A stretch of 63,511 nt of DNA, filler included. It is 5 parts of 5 records of this genome, joined end to end, with 100 filler letters (N's around TTAATTAATTAA, not from the genome) between each part and the next. Parts side by side here need not be neighbours in the genome. Positions count along the whole stretch, not along the records: positions 1 to 29,004 come from DRR723986_52352; positions 29,105 to 42,965 come from DRR723986_53616; 3 more parts are not named here. One strand, given 5' to 3'. Positions 19,476 through 30,195 of the stretch are shown piece after piece (position 1 is the first letter of the stretch; every line of letters starts with the position of its first letter). The notes under the pieces were generated by a model. The model saw nothing but the letters and a program-made list of their open reading frames with translations, was not told where the DNA came from and did no database searches. The position numbers and the translations under genes are program-made.

Positions 19476-20444
19476 ATGATATTCAAAAGAATTTTCTGCG
19501 TACCAGTGATTTACCTATGTTTAATGGTATCAGTGTTTGCGCAAAAAGTGGAGTTAAAAGAGACATCTAGCGGAATTGATTTCGTGATTGGTAATCAGGC
19601 TGTTCTAAGCTATCAAACGGCTGTAGCAGACGTGCCTGAAGGCATAAAAAAAGATTTTGCAAAATCTGGGTTTATTCACCCGCTAAAATCCCCGTCGGGA
19701 CAAGTTCTTACTAGAATTCAACCAAAAGACCATTATCATCACTATGGAATCTGGGGACCTTGGACACGTGCCACCATCAGTGGTAGAGAAGTAGACTTTT
19801 GGAATTTGGGAGACCAAAAAGGCCGAGTAGACTTTTCTCATGTGCTATCTAAAAAGGTAGCGGGTGGTGCAGCCGAACTCAATGTTCGTCAAAATCACCT
19901 TGATTTGAAAGCTCCCGAATCTGAACGGATAGCTATAGCAGAGGATCTTCGCATCAAGGTAAAACCTGCGGACAAAGGTCGATATATGGTCGATTACACA
20001 AGTACAATTGAGACTAAAATACCTGGGGGAATCTTACTTGATGATTACCGATATGGCGGAGGCATTGGTTTCCGTGCTACAGAGCAATGGGGAACGGATA
20101 ACAGTTCTGTTTTAACATCCGAAGGTGATACCAGAAAAACCGCGGATGGAACAAATGCAAAATGGATCATCGTACAGGGAGAAACTGATGCTACATCGGG
20201 AGAGAGTGGGATACTGTTCTTAAGTCACAATACGAATAAATCTCACCCAGAACCTTTGCGCGTATGGCCAGAAGATAATTACAATGGAATAGGTAATGTC
20301 TTTATAGAATTTACTCCGATTAGACATGAGTCTTGGGAGCTTTTACCCAACAAACGATATACATTAAAATACAGAATGATTGTCTTTGACGGTAAGATGA
20401 CTGCAGCTGAAGCAGATGCTTACTGGAGAGCTTTCGTGAAATAA
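19476..20444 (+). CDS. PmoA-like (DUF6807) secreted protein
   Basis: SGFIHPL.SPSG..LT..QPKDHYHHYGIW, VDFWN and YGGGIGFRA motifs. Confidence 0.8.
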   Translation: MIFKRIFCVPVIYLCLMVSVFAQKVELKETSSGIDFVIGNQAVLSYQTAVADVPEGIKKDFAKSGFIHPLKSPSGQVLTRIQPKDHYHHYGIWGPWTRATISGREVDFWNLGDQKGRVDFSHVLSKKVAGGAAELNVRQNHLDLKAPESERIAIAEDLRIKVKPADKGRYMVDYTSTIETKIPGGILLDDYRYGGGIGFRATEQWGTDNSSVLTSEGDTRKTADGTNAKWIIVQGETDATSGESGILFLSHNTNKSHPEPLRVWPEDNYNGIGNVFIEFTPIRHESWELLPNKRYTLKYRMIVFDGKMTAAEADAYWRAFVK

Positions 20445-20473
20445 ATTCAAGTGATAATTAACCCTAAAGTGAA

Positions 20474-21844
20474 ATGAAAAGAAGAGAATTTATTAAAAAC
20501 ACCACCTTAGCAAGTGCAGCAATAGGATTTCCTACTATTGTACCTGCTTCAGTTTTTGGAAAAAATGCCCCTAGTAATAAAATCAATATAGGTCAAATTG
20601 GTTGTGGTAGAATCGCTCGCGATCATGATATGCCAGGTGTATGGCAGCATGATATAGCTCGTATCGTTGCAGTTTCAGATTTGGATAGCAACCGCATGGC
20701 GGATGGCAAAAAGCGTGTAGAAGATTACTACACCAAGAAAATGGGAAAAGCATATCTCGACGTAAAACAATATGGAGACTATAAGGACATGCTTCAGAAT
20801 AAGGATATTGATGCCATAGTAATCAGTACTCCAGATCACTGGCATTCTCAGCCAGCTATGGAAGCTTCATTGGCTGGTAAGCACGTCTATGTACAAAAAC
20901 CAACTTCCCTGACTATCCGTGAAGGGCGACAGCTGGTTGATGCTGTGAAAAAGTCAGGAACTGTCCTTCAGCTTGGTACCCAGCAACGTTCGAGTGAGCA
21001 GTTTAGAATTGCAGCAGAATTGGTAAGAAATGGAAGAATCGGTAAACTTCACACTGTGAAGATCGGTCTCCCAGGAGATCCCTCAGGACCTGAGGCCGCA
21101 CCTATGCCTGTTCCTGCCAACTTGAATTATGATATGTGGTTGGGTTCTACCCCTGAGGTCCCGTATACAGAAATAGGCGTACATCCACAGAAAGGATACG
21201 ACCGCCCAGGATGGTTGAGATTGGAGCAGTTTGGAGCAGGTATGATCACAGGCTGGGGACAGCATCACTATGATTCTGCCGCTTGGGGAATGGATACTGA
21301 GCTTACTGGTCCACGATACATTCAAGCAGTAGCTGAATTCCCTCATTCAGGATTATGGAATGTGCATGGAGACTTTATGGCAAAAGCTGAGTATGATAAT
21401 GGTATCACTATGTACACAAGTGGTGGCTACCCAAATGGAATTCGTTACGAAGGTACGGAAGGATGGATCTGGGTTTCAAGAGGTAATTATGTGGCTTCCA
21501 CTTCAGATCCTGTAGCGCAGGGGAATAGTGCCAAAGCCTTGGATGCTTCAGATCCTAAGATTCTGAAATCAGTAATTGGACCTGACGAAATACAGTTGAT
21601 CAGAAGTGATGAACACCATGGCAACTGGCTGGGAGCGATTCAGGGTAATAACGAATTACTTTCTCCGGTTGAAATCGGTCATCGTTCTTGTTCAGTATGC
21701 CTTGTCACGCACATTTCCATGAAACTTGGAAGGAAGCTGGAATGGGATGCTGCAGCAGAAAAATTTATAAATGATCCAGAGGCAAACTCAATGTTGGAAA
21801 GACCACAAAGAGCACCTTATGGTACTAATTATGTGAAAATTTAA
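20474..21844 (+). CDS. Tat-exported Gfo/Idh/MocA family oxidoreductase
   Basis: MKRREFIK leader; IGCG, TPDHWH, VQKP and GTQQRS motifs. Confidence 0.92.
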   Translation: MKRREFIKNTTLASAAIGFPTIVPASVFGKNAPSNKINIGQIGCGRIARDHDMPGVWQHDIARIVAVSDLDSNRMADGKKRVEDYYTKKMGKAYLDVKQYGDYKDMLQNKDIDAIVISTPDHWHSQPAMEASLAGKHVYVQKPTSLTIREGRQLVDAVKKSGTVLQLGTQQRSSEQFRIAAELVRNGRIGKLHTVKIGLPGDPSGPEAAPMPVPANLNYDMWLGSTPEVPYTEIGVHPQKGYDRPGWLRLEQFGAGMITGWGQHHYDSAAWGMDTELTGPRYIQAVAEFPHSGLWNVHGDFMAKAEYDNGITMYTSGGYPNGIRYEGTEGWIWVSRGNYVASTSDPVAQGNSAKALDASDPKILKSVIGPDEIQLIRSDEHHGNWLGAIQGNNELLSPVEIGHRSCSVCLVTHISMKLGRKLEWDAAAEKFINDPEANSMLERPQRAPYGTNYVKI

Positions 21845-21847
21845 TTA

Positions 21848-23227
21848 TTGAATATTTTGAAAAATACTGCTCTAGTAGCTTTGGCTGCAGGAATTTTGTT
21901 TTCCTGCGAAAATAAAGAAACTGTGACTGAGGCTTCTGAAACTAAGGCTGAGATTACGATTATGTCCCTTGACCCGGGACATTTTCATGCCGGATTAATT
22001 CACAAATCCATGTATCCTCAAGTGGACTCTACAGTCTATGTTTTTGCTCCAGAAGGACCTGAACTGAAAGACTACATGAATAGACTTTCTGGGTACAATA
22101 ACCGTGAAGAGGATCCGACTGCCTGGAGTTTGCAGGTAAGTACTGGTGAGGATTATTTAGATCAAATGATCTCGACTAAGCCTGGCAATGTGATGATGGT
22201 AGCAGGTAAAAACGATCGTAAGATTGATTACATCTCTGCTGCAATTTCCAATGGAATCAACGTCTATGCTGACAAGCCTCTGGTGATTAATAAGGATGGA
22301 TTTAAAAAGCTGCTCCATGCATTTGATGAAGCATCACAAAAGGATTTGTTGCTTTATGATATCATGACTGAGCGTTTTGAGATCAGCACGATTTTGCAAA
22401 AAGAATTGAGTATGGATGCAGCGGTTTTTGGGGAACTGGAAAAAGGAACGCCTGAGAATCCAGCCATTACAAAGGAATCTGTACATCATTTCTTCAAATA
22501 TGTATCAGGAAATCCTCTTGTTCGTCCGGACTGGTTTTTTGATACAGATATTGAAGGAACTGGTATCGTTGATGTAACGACTCATCTAGTGGATTTGATC
22601 CAATGGGAAGCTTTTCCAGGAGTTACTTTAGATACTACAGATGTTGAGATGCAATCAGCTAAACTTTGGTCCACAGATTTGGATTTAGAGCAGTTCAAGT
22701 TGGTTACAGGTAAAGCTGAGTTTCCTGATTTTCTTCAGAAAAACGTATCTGACGGTAAGCTGAGCGTGAATAGTAATGGAGAGATGAATTACACGCTGAA
22801 GGGTGTGCATTCTAAAGTAAGTGTGATCTGGAATTTTCAAGCGCCCGAAGGAGCTGCAGATACTCATTACAGCATGATGCGTGGAACCAAAGCCAATCTA
22901 ATTATACAGCAAGGTGCAGATGAGAATTATGTTGCCACCTTGTATGTGGAATTATTGGATGGACAAGATGATTCTTTAGCAAGCTTGGTAAAAGAGAAGT
23001 TGCAAGGTCGTTTTCCGGGGTTAGATCTGGAAAAAATCACGGACAATAAGTACAAAGTAATCATCCCAGGGAAGTATCATAATGGACATGAGGCCCATTT
23101 TGCCCAGGTAACTGAAAAGTATTTGGAATATTTTGCCAATAAAAATATGCCGGATTGGGAAGTGCCAAATATGATTGTGAAATACTTCACTACGACTGAA
23201 GCTTTAGAAAAAGCCGAAGAAAAATAA
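21848..23227 (+). CDS. Lipoprotein, putative oxidoreductase C-terminal domain protein (Gfo/Idh/MocA-related)
   Basis: LFSC lipobox; LDPGHFHA, ADKP, IMTERFE and GHEAHF motifs. Confidence 0.75.
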   Translation: MNILKNTALVALAAGILFSCENKETVTEASETKAEITIMSLDPGHFHAGLIHKSMYPQVDSTVYVFAPEGPELKDYMNRLSGYNNREEDPTAWSLQVSTGEDYLDQMISTKPGNVMMVAGKNDRKIDYISAAISNGINVYADKPLVINKDGFKKLLHAFDEASQKDLLLYDIMTERFEISTILQKELSMDAAVFGELEKGTPENPAITKESVHHFFKYVSGNPLVRPDWFFDTDIEGTGIVDVTTHLVDLIQWEAFPGVTLDTTDVEMQSAKLWSTDLDLEQFKLVTGKAEFPDFLQKNVSDGKLSVNSNGEMNYTLKGVHSKVSVIWNFQAPEGAADTHYSMMRGTKANLIIQQGADENYVATLYVELLDGQDDSLASLVKEKLQGRFPGLDLEKITDNKYKVIIPGKYHNGHEAHFAQVTEKYLEYFANKNMPDWEVPNMIVKYFTTTEALEKAEEK

Positions 23228-23281
23228 ATTTATACTGAACAGGACCACCAAATAATAGGTTGGTTAGTTAAGCTCTTTATT

Positions 23282-24688
23282 ATGAAATTAACTAATCAAC
23301 CTATATCTGTTTCTAAGCCAACTGTCGCACTCGCCGGTGCAGGTGGATATGTGGGGCGCTGGTTTATTCACCACTTCCGCCATAAATACAATATTATTGC
23401 TCTTAGTAGAAGAAAGGTAAAGGATAATCCATACCCTGAAGTGACTTGGAAGCAGGTGGAATTGTATTCAATTTCAAGTACAGTTGAAGTGCTTAAGGGG
23501 GTAGATGTCGCGATCTACTTGGTACATTCTATGAATGCTTCCACACGTCTAAATCAAGGTAGTTTTGAAGATACCGATTTACTACTTGCTGATAATTTTA
23601 GCCGAGCTGCTCATTTAAACAAAGTAAAGCAGATCATTTACTTAGGAGGATTGCTGCCAAAAGAGACGGGTGAAAGTCTTTCTAGACATCTCAGAAGTCG
23701 TCTTGAAGTAGAACAAACCCTGGGTTCTAGGTCTGCTAAACTTACCGCTATTCGGGCTTCGATAATAGTAGGGCCGGGAGGATCATCGTTTGATATGATT
23801 AAGAACCTAGTGACTAACTTGCCTGTCCTCATGTGTCCACAGTGGACAGAGTCTTTGACCCAGCCTATTTCTTTGCGCGACACTTTAGATATTATTGATA
23901 CCTGTGTAGGAAATGAGAATGTATTTGGTAAAGCAATAGAAATTGGGAATCCTGAAGTGATTTCTTATCGAAAAATGCTGGAGTTGACAGCCGTTCAGCT
24001 AGGGAAGAAGAGGTTGGTTTTCTCAGTTCCCGTTTTCTCTTTGGGGCTTTCTAAGCTTTGGGTTGGCTTTTTTGGCGAATCTCCTCCTCAATTGGTTTCA
24101 CCCTTAGTGGAAAGTTTGAAGCATACGTTGACGGTGTCCGAGGAATTGAAGTTCAAAGAGAAGCATATTGATTACCTGACATACGAAGAATCGGTCAGAG
24201 TTGCGCTGGATTCTACTGTAGAACTTAAAACTCCAAGCTTTTACCCGTTAGATAAAGTAAAGAATACTGTAAGAAGCATACAGCGAATGTCAAACACCCA
24301 TGGACACTCAGCAACTTGGGTGGCTCAGCGTTATAATATTTGGCTACCCACATTCTTTAAGTTTTGGATCAATGGAGAAATGCTCGAAAGTGGAGAAATT
24401 GTGTTTTATCTATTGTGGACTAAAAAACCAATGTTGCAACTGACCATGATTCCAGATAGAAGTGAAGAAAGTAGGCAGCTCTTTTACATTTCCGGTGGCT
24501 GGCTAGTGAAGCGATTTGATCACGGATGGTTGGAGTTTCGTGGGGTTTTAGATAATAAATACATTATCTCGGCTATTCATGAATTTGTACCAAGATTGCC
24601 ATGGCTGATCTATGTGAACACTCAGGCTAAAATTCATCTTTGGGTAATGAATAGATTTAAGAAATATTTAAAGAATCGAGTGAATTAA
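23282..24688 (+). CDS. NAD(P)-binding atypical SDR/epimerase family protein
   Basis: GAGGYVG, YLVHSM, SRHLRSRLEVE and GGSSF motifs. Confidence 0.8.
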   Translation: MKLTNQPISVSKPTVALAGAGGYVGRWFIHHFRHKYNIIALSRRKVKDNPYPEVTWKQVELYSISSTVEVLKGVDVAIYLVHSMNASTRLNQGSFEDTDLLLADNFSRAAHLNKVKQIIYLGGLLPKETGESLSRHLRSRLEVEQTLGSRSAKLTAIRASIIVGPGGSSFDMIKNLVTNLPVLMCPQWTESLTQPISLRDTLDIIDTCVGNENVFGKAIEIGNPEVISYRKMLELTAVQLGKKRLVFSVPVFSLGLSKLWVGFFGESPPQLVSPLVESLKHTLTVSEELKFKEKHIDYLTYEESVRVALDSTVELKTPSFYPLDKVKNTVRSIQRMSNTHGHSATWVAQRYNIWLPTFFKFWINGEMLESGEIVFYLLWTKKPMLQLTMIPDRSEESRQLFYISGGWLVKRFDHGWLEFRGVLDNKYIISAIHEFVPRLPWLIYVNTQAKIHLWVMNRFKKYLKNRVN

Positions 24689-24747
24689 ATGCAGGGTTCA
24701 TTCTGTTAAGAATTCACTCATATCATAATCTAAATTTTTATAATCAT

Positions 24748-25701
24748 ATGAAAAACTTAAGCTTTAAAAATGGAGATAAACTCCCAATTATCGGGTTAGG
24801 AACATGGAAAAGTAAACCAGGAGAAGTTAGTCAGGCTGTTTACTGGGCAATAGAAGCTGGCTATCGACACATAGATTGTGCGGCTGTATATCAGAATGAA
24901 AACGAAGTAGGGGAAGGTATTGCAAAGGCAATTTCTGAAGGATTGGTTACGAGAGAAGAATTATTTGTAACATCAAAGCTTTGGAATAATTCACATAAAA
25001 AAGAGCAAGTTTTGCCTGCTTTGCAAAAGACACTTTCAGATTTGAAATTGGATTATGTAGACTTATATCTGATACACTGGCCTATTGCTTTTAAAGCTGG
25101 CGTGGGTTTTCCAAAAGATAGAGAAGACTTTTATACCTACGATGAGGTTTCCATAGCTGAAACTTGGGTAGCTATGCAAGAGGTGAAGGAAATGGGATAT
25201 GCCAAACACATAGGAGTCTCTAATTTCAATCAAAAAAAGCTGGATGAATTGGTGCAAATCGGTGGCCAATTACCTGAAATGAACCAAGTAGAGATGCAGC
25301 CCTATCTTCCGCAGGATGGCTTGGTTGAGTATTGCATAGAGCATGGAATTTTAATGACTGCATATTCTCCACTTGGTTCTCCAGATTCAAGGGCAGAAAA
25401 ACATGAAAAAGATCCGAAACTATTGATTGATCCCGTAGTAAAGGAGATTGCAGATAAACATAAAGTAGGCGCTGGACAAGTTCTAATTGCCTGGTCTATC
25501 GCTAGAGATATTGCTGTAATTCCCAAATCCGTAAATAAGGATAGAATCAAAGGGAATTTGGCAGCTGCTAAAATTAATTTGGACGACCACGATTTGATGG
25601 AATTAAGAGATATCGGAATTAGTCACCGATTTATTGATGGTTCATTTTTCACAGGTGATAACAGCCCTTATGAATCATCCGATTTATTTGATCAACCTTA
25701 A
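24748..25701 (+). CDS. Aldo/keto reductase
   Basis: GLGTW, GYRHIDCAAVY, DLYLIHWP, IGVSNF and IPKS motifs. Confidence 0.95.
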   Translation: MKNLSFKNGDKLPIIGLGTWKSKPGEVSQAVYWAIEAGYRHIDCAAVYQNENEVGEGIAKAISEGLVTREELFVTSKLWNNSHKKEQVLPALQKTLSDLKLDYVDLYLIHWPIAFKAGVGFPKDREDFYTYDEVSIAETWVAMQEVKEMGYAKHIGVSNFNQKKLDELVQIGGQLPEMNQVEMQPYLPQDGLVEYCIEHGILMTAYSPLGSPDSRAEKHEKDPKLLIDPVVKEIADKHKVGAGQVLIAWSIARDIAVIPKSVNKDRIKGNLAAAKINLDDHDLMELRDIGISHRFIDGSFFTGDNSPYESSDLFDQP

Positions 25702-25717
25702 AGCATCCAGGATTTGA

Positions 25718-25760
25718 CACAAAAAAGGCTATTGGATAAGTTCCAATAGCCTTTTTTGTG
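25718..25760. terminator. Bidirectional terminator
   Basis: CACAAAAAAGGCTATTGGA/TCCAATAGCCTTTTTTGTG perfect inverted repeat between convergent genes. Confidence 0.85.
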
Positions 25761-25772
25761 AAAATGATTTTT

Positions 25773-26393
25773 TTATTCATCCTCTTCCAATGTTTCAAGT
25801 ATATCTGCAAGTTCATCGAAGTCTTTTAGACCTGGTTTGATTTCTTTTCCGCCTGCTAGCGTTATTCCATAAATCCCAAGTTCAGTAATAAGATCTAGGA
25901 CGTTTTCTGAAGTAATCCCTACTCCTAAAATAACCCTGCAATTTTCACTTAATATTTTTATCGCTTTTTTATCCTCATCAGTAAGCTCCTCGTGGATGGA
26001 GGTGACATGAAAAATGATTCCTGAAGCATTTAATTTCTCAGCAACTTCCAATTCAATGTGTCGAACATCTTCTAAATCCATTTTATAAATCAAGCCAAAT
26101 CCCTTGCCTTCCAAATCTACTAGTGGATCAATCCTGTCATGCTCAACCCACTTTATTGTAGGGTAATTTTCTAAAGTGTGTAGGACTTTGTCTGACTCGT
26201 AGCTTTGAAATTCTCCTACAAACTCAAGTCCAGAAACCCATCCTGTGATTTCGTTATACTGCGTGGGATTGATGAATTTTTCAGATTCTTGTTCTAAAGA
26301 AAAGCCTAACAAATCCACATACATTCCCGAACAATACCTGGCATCTGAAAGATTGGTGATGCCGCTTATTTTTACAAAAGTGCTTAAAGCCAT
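25773..26393 (-). CDS. Phosphoribosylanthranilate isomerase (TrpF)-like protein, divergent
   Basis: VKISGITNLSDARY..VDLLGF N-terminus and E.KPGLKDFDEL C-terminus. Confidence 0.7.
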   Translation of the reverse strand: MALSTFVKISGITNLSDARYCSGMYVDLLGFSLEQESEKFINPTQYNEITGWVSGLEFVGEFQSYESDKVLHTLENYPTIKWVEHDRIDPLVDLEGKGFGLIYKMDLEDVRHIELEVAEKLNASGIIFHVTSIHEELTDEDKKAIKILSENCRVILGVGITSENVLDLITELGIYGITLAGGKEIKPGLKDFDELADILETLEEDE

Positions 26394-26521
26394 GATTTAA
26401 ATTTTAAAGTTGCTAATTTAAACAGGATGATTGGCTTGAAAAAAGTATTTCGAAACTGTCTGTAATCTGCTTAGTCTATCTTTAGGAAAATACTAGTATT
26501 TTTAGTCATTGAATAATAAAT

Positions 26522-27181
26522 ATGGAAAGAAAGCTACCGCTTATTTTATTATTAATTGTTACGCTTTTTACTTCTTGTGATCGAGAAATCGAGGATTCAC
26601 AAGTGGAATTGGGCTATGACTTTCAACCGCTGGAAGTTGGATTGTTTTGGGTTTATGAAGTAGATCAAACAATCTATTTTGGTGAAAATGATTCGGAGCA
26701 GGAATTATTTTTCTATAAGGATCGTATTCGAAGCTTTTATATAAATGCAGAAGGGGAGCAAGTTTTTATCGTAAACCGTAGCAAATCTACGGATGAGACC
26801 ACTTGGATTCAGGTGTTGGAATATACCCTCACCCAACGAGACCTTGCTTTGGTACGTACGATTGAAAATCAGCCCTTGGTTACCTTAGTTTTTCCTCCCA
26901 AAGACGGTATTGTTTGGAATGGGAATGTCTATAGAGATGAATTAGCGGATGATTTCGAGTTAATTAATTCGGGCAATTCTATCCGGGTCAATCAAGAAGA
27001 TAGTGACGATCAAGTTACTTACAGAGATATTCGATTTGAAGTTTACGACTTAGGTATAGGCTTGGTGGAAAAGTACGACGAGGTGTTAACCTACTGCTCA
27101 AGAAATGATTGTTTGGGAGATATGCTGATTGATTCAGGATTTAAGGTGCAAATGAAATTGACCGATTATGGGAAGGATTAA
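26522..27181 (+). CDS. Hypothetical lipoprotein
   Basis: FTSC lipobox; YDFQPLEVG..WVYEVD. Confidence 0.7.
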   Translation: MERKLPLILLLIVTLFTSCDREIEDSQVELGYDFQPLEVGLFWVYEVDQTIYFGENDSEQELFFYKDRIRSFYINAEGEQVFIVNRSKSTDETTWIQVLEYTLTQRDLALVRTIENQPLVTLVFPPKDGIVWNGNVYRDELADDFELINSGNSIRVNQEDSDDQVTYRDIRFEVYDLGIGLVEKYDEVLTYCSRNDCLGDMLIDSGFKVQMKLTDYGKD

Positions 27182-28832
27182 ATTTTTAGCTTTTGTTCTC
27201 TTAGGAATGACTTTTTCTGGCAGTTTGGCTGCCCAGGATCGTTATGCTGTTTTCTATAAATATAAGCCTCAACAAACTCTTTCACTGGATAAACCAAGTG
27301 AATTCCTTTCTCAAAAAGCGCTGGATCGAAGAAGTAAAGAAGGCGTTGCACCGGATAGTTTGGATCTTCCTGTTGCGCAGAAGTATGTAGAAGCAGTTTA
27401 CGAGAAGTCTAATTACATCCTGTATTCTAGCAAGTGGTTTAATGCTACTTTATTGGTGACAGATGCTTCTAATGTTAAGGAAATAGAAGCTTTACCGTTT
27501 GTTGAAAAAGTCGAGCTGGTGGGAAAGGGATTTATCCCAAGTCCGAATGCACGGGTTGGAAAAAGAATTTTTGCTTCAGTCAGTAATAGATATTGTCCTC
27601 CAGATGCTGAAAATGCCCGAATATTAGCCGCAAATGAAGAAACCTATGATTTTCAGAATTCTCTGATAGGAATTGATTTGATGCATGAAGAAGGTTTCAC
27701 GGGCAAAGGAGTTACCATAGCTGTTTTTGATGCAGGATTCCCTGGAGCTCAAACTGCCAGTCCTTTGGCACATCTACAAACAAATGGGCAGATCATCTCT
27801 ACTATGGATTTTGTGAGGCCGTGGAATGATAATGTTTATTCGGATAATCAGCATGGCACAAATGTGCTTTCACTGATAGCTTCTAATGAACCTGGAAAAA
27901 TGGTTGCTGGAGCTCCGGACGCTGATTACATCCTTGCTATGACAGAGGAAGTTGCCACGGAATTTTGGGTGGAAGAATACAACTGGGTGAGGGCAGCTGA
28001 GTTCGCAGATAGTTTAGGGACGGATATCATCAGTAGCTCGGTGGGCTATTATGATTTTGATGATCCTGACATGAACTATACGCTAGAAGACTTGGATGGA
28101 GAGACGACTATTATAGCACGAGGGGCAAGTATAGCTGCAAGTAAAGGGATACTGGTGGTAAATAGCGCTGGGAACTATGGTCCCGGGGTATCCACATTAT
28201 CGTCTCCTTCCGATGCTAAAGGAATTCTAGCGATAGGATCTGTAGATAATGAGTTGGATATTGCTAGCAGCAGTTCCCGTGGACCAACAGGAGATGGAAG
28301 AATAAAACCTGACCTAGCAGCTTTAGGACAGGGAGCCTCTTTAATTCGCTCAAATGGTAACCAAGCTTATTCCAACGGAACTTCCTTCTCAGCTCCTCAG
28401 ATTGCAGCGTTGGCTGCGGGTCTTTGGGAAGCCAAACCTGAATGGACAAAGGATCAGTTAATTGAAGCACTTTTGAATAGCGGTACTCAAGCTGATGAAC
28501 CGGATAATTTATTAGGCTACGGCATTCCTAATTTCTATAGAGCTTACTACGGAGAAATCCTTGGCGTTGAAGAAAATGAAGAAGTAATAGTGTGGAATGT
28601 TTTTCCTAACCCGGTACTTGGAGATCAATTAAACATTTACTTTGGAAACAGCCTTAGTGCTGAATTTACCCTCATAGATCTTAACGGTAGAGCTTTGGAA
28701 AATGAGATCTTGAATAGATCCTCTGCTAAAGAGCCATTTAGAATTCTACTGCAAGGTGTAAAACCAGGGTTCTATGTAATTCAAATGCAGGATGGCGCAT
28801 TAATCAAGCAAAGCAAATTGCTCAGACAATAG
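27168..28832 (+). CDS. S8 family serine peptidase with a T9SS C-terminal sorting domain
   Basis: Catalytic triad motifs VFDAGF, HGT and NGTSFSAP; VFPNP..G.Y CTD. Confidence 0.92.
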   Translation: MGRIKFLAFVLLGMTFSGSLAAQDRYAVFYKYKPQQTLSLDKPSEFLSQKALDRRSKEGVAPDSLDLPVAQKYVEAVYEKSNYILYSSKWFNATLLVTDASNVKEIEALPFVEKVELVGKGFIPSPNARVGKRIFASVSNRYCPPDAENARILAANEETYDFQNSLIGIDLMHEEGFTGKGVTIAVFDAGFPGAQTASPLAHLQTNGQIISTMDFVRPWNDNVYSDNQHGTNVLSLIASNEPGKMVAGAPDADYILAMTEEVATEFWVEEYNWVRAAEFADSLGTDIISSSVGYYDFDDPDMNYTLEDLDGETTIIARGASIAASKGILVVNSAGNYGPGVSTLSSPSDAKGILAIGSVDNELDIASSSSRGPTGDGRIKPDLAALGQGASLIRSNGNQAYSNGTSFSAPQIAALAAGLWEAKPEWTKDQLIEALLNSGTQADEPDNLLGYGIPNFYRAYYGEILGVEENEEVIVWNVFPNPVLGDQLNIYFGNSLSAEFTLIDLNGRALENEILNRSSAKEPFRILLQGVKPGFYVIQMQDGALIKQSKLLRQ

Positions 28833-28886
28833 GAAATTGTGGCTTGAGTTGTAAATTCGTTTTTTCACATCTTCAACATATAATTC

Positions 28887-29004
28887 ATGGCCCCTTTAAT
28901 TGCCCCATCTATACTAGCTGCTGATTTTGCAAATCTCCAACGAGAAGTAGAAATGTTGAATTCATCGGCGGCGGATTATATCCACGTGGATATAATGGAT
29001 GGTG
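28887..29004 (+). CDS. rpe: Ribulose-phosphate 3-epimerase, truncated by the contig end
   Basis: [28 protein letters not shown]. Confidence 0.93.
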
Positions 29005-29104
29005 NNNNNNNNNNNNNNNNNNNNNNNNNNNNNNNNNNNNNNNNNNNNTTAATTAATTAANNNNNNNNNNNNNNNNNNNNNNNNNNNNNNNNNNNNNNNN
29101 NNNN
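29005..29104. other. Artificial contig linker
   Basis: N44-TTAATTAATTAA-N44 (stops in all six frames); genes are truncated on both sides. Confidence 0.98.
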
Positions 29105-30114
29105 AAGAATTTTACGATAAAGGAGAGCCAGTTTACTGTATCTATGTTGCTGTTGGACAAAAGGCATCAACGGTTGCAGGATTAGTTGGTAAACTAGAGG
29201 CTGCTGGAGCAATGGCTTATACAACTATTGTTGCATCAAACGCTTCAGATCCGGCACCAATGCAATTCTACGCACCATTTGCTGGAGCTGCAATTGGAGA
29301 GTATTTCAGAGATACTGGTCGTCCAGCATTGATCATCTTTGATGATTTATCAAAGCAAGCTGTAGCTTACCGTGAGGTATCGTTGTTATTAAGAAGACCT
29401 CCGGGACGTGAGGCTTACCCTGGTGACGTATTCTACTTGCACTCAAGATTATTAGAAAGAGCGGCGAAAGTGATCAATAATGACGCGATTGCAGCAACAA
29501 TGAATGATTTACCTGATTCTTTAAAAGGAAAAGTAAAAGGTGGAGGATCATTAACTGCACTTCCAATTATTGAAACACAAGCGGGTGACGTATCTGCGTA
29601 TATTCCAACAAACGTAATTTCAATTACTGACGGACAGATTTTCTTAGAGTCTAACTTGTTTAACTCAGGTGTTCGTCCAGCGATTAACGTTGGTATCTCG
29701 GTATCGCGTGTTGGTGGTAACGCTCAGATTAAATCAATGAAAAAAGTATCTGGTACTTTGAAACTAGATCAAGCACAATATAGAGAGCTAGAGGCTTTCG
29801 CGAAATTCGGTTCTGATTTGGATGCTGCTACTAAAGCGATCCTAGATAAAGGAGCAAGAAACGTGGAGATCTTGAAGCAAAAAGAAGGAGATCCGTTTAG
29901 AGTTGAAAACCAAATTGCAATTATCTATGCTGGAACAAAAGGATTGTTATCTAAAGTTCCTGTAGAGAAAGTAAAAGAGTTTGAAGCAGAGTACATCAAC
30001 TTCTTAAATGCAAATCACAAAAACGTGATGGAGCAATTAGCAGCAGGAAAATACACAGATGAATTAACTGATGTATTAGGAAAAGTTGCAGTTGAAATTG
30101 CAGATAAATATTAA
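29105..30114 (+). CDS. atpA: F1 ATP synthase subunit alpha, 5'-truncated
   Basis: [35 protein letters not shown] and SITDGQIFL motifs; frame is open back to the contig edge. Confidence 0.97.
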
Positions 30115-30130
30115 TAGCTAAACTGGCGAA

Positions 30131-30195
30131 TGTCAGTCTGAGCATGTCGAAGACAAATGAGCTAGCAGCTTAATTTCGACAGGCTCAATTTGACA
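30131..30195. repeat. REP-like inverted repeat pair between atpA and atpG
   Basis: TGTCAGTCTGAGCATGTCGAA (30131-30151) and TTCGACAGGCTCAATTTGACA (30175-30195) are 17/21 complementary. Confidence 0.7.

Noticed and set aside
29049-29060. TTAATTAATTAA repeated four times in the window as a biological repeat
   Set aside because: It is always centred in N runs of fixed length, so it is an artificial six-frame-stop linker.
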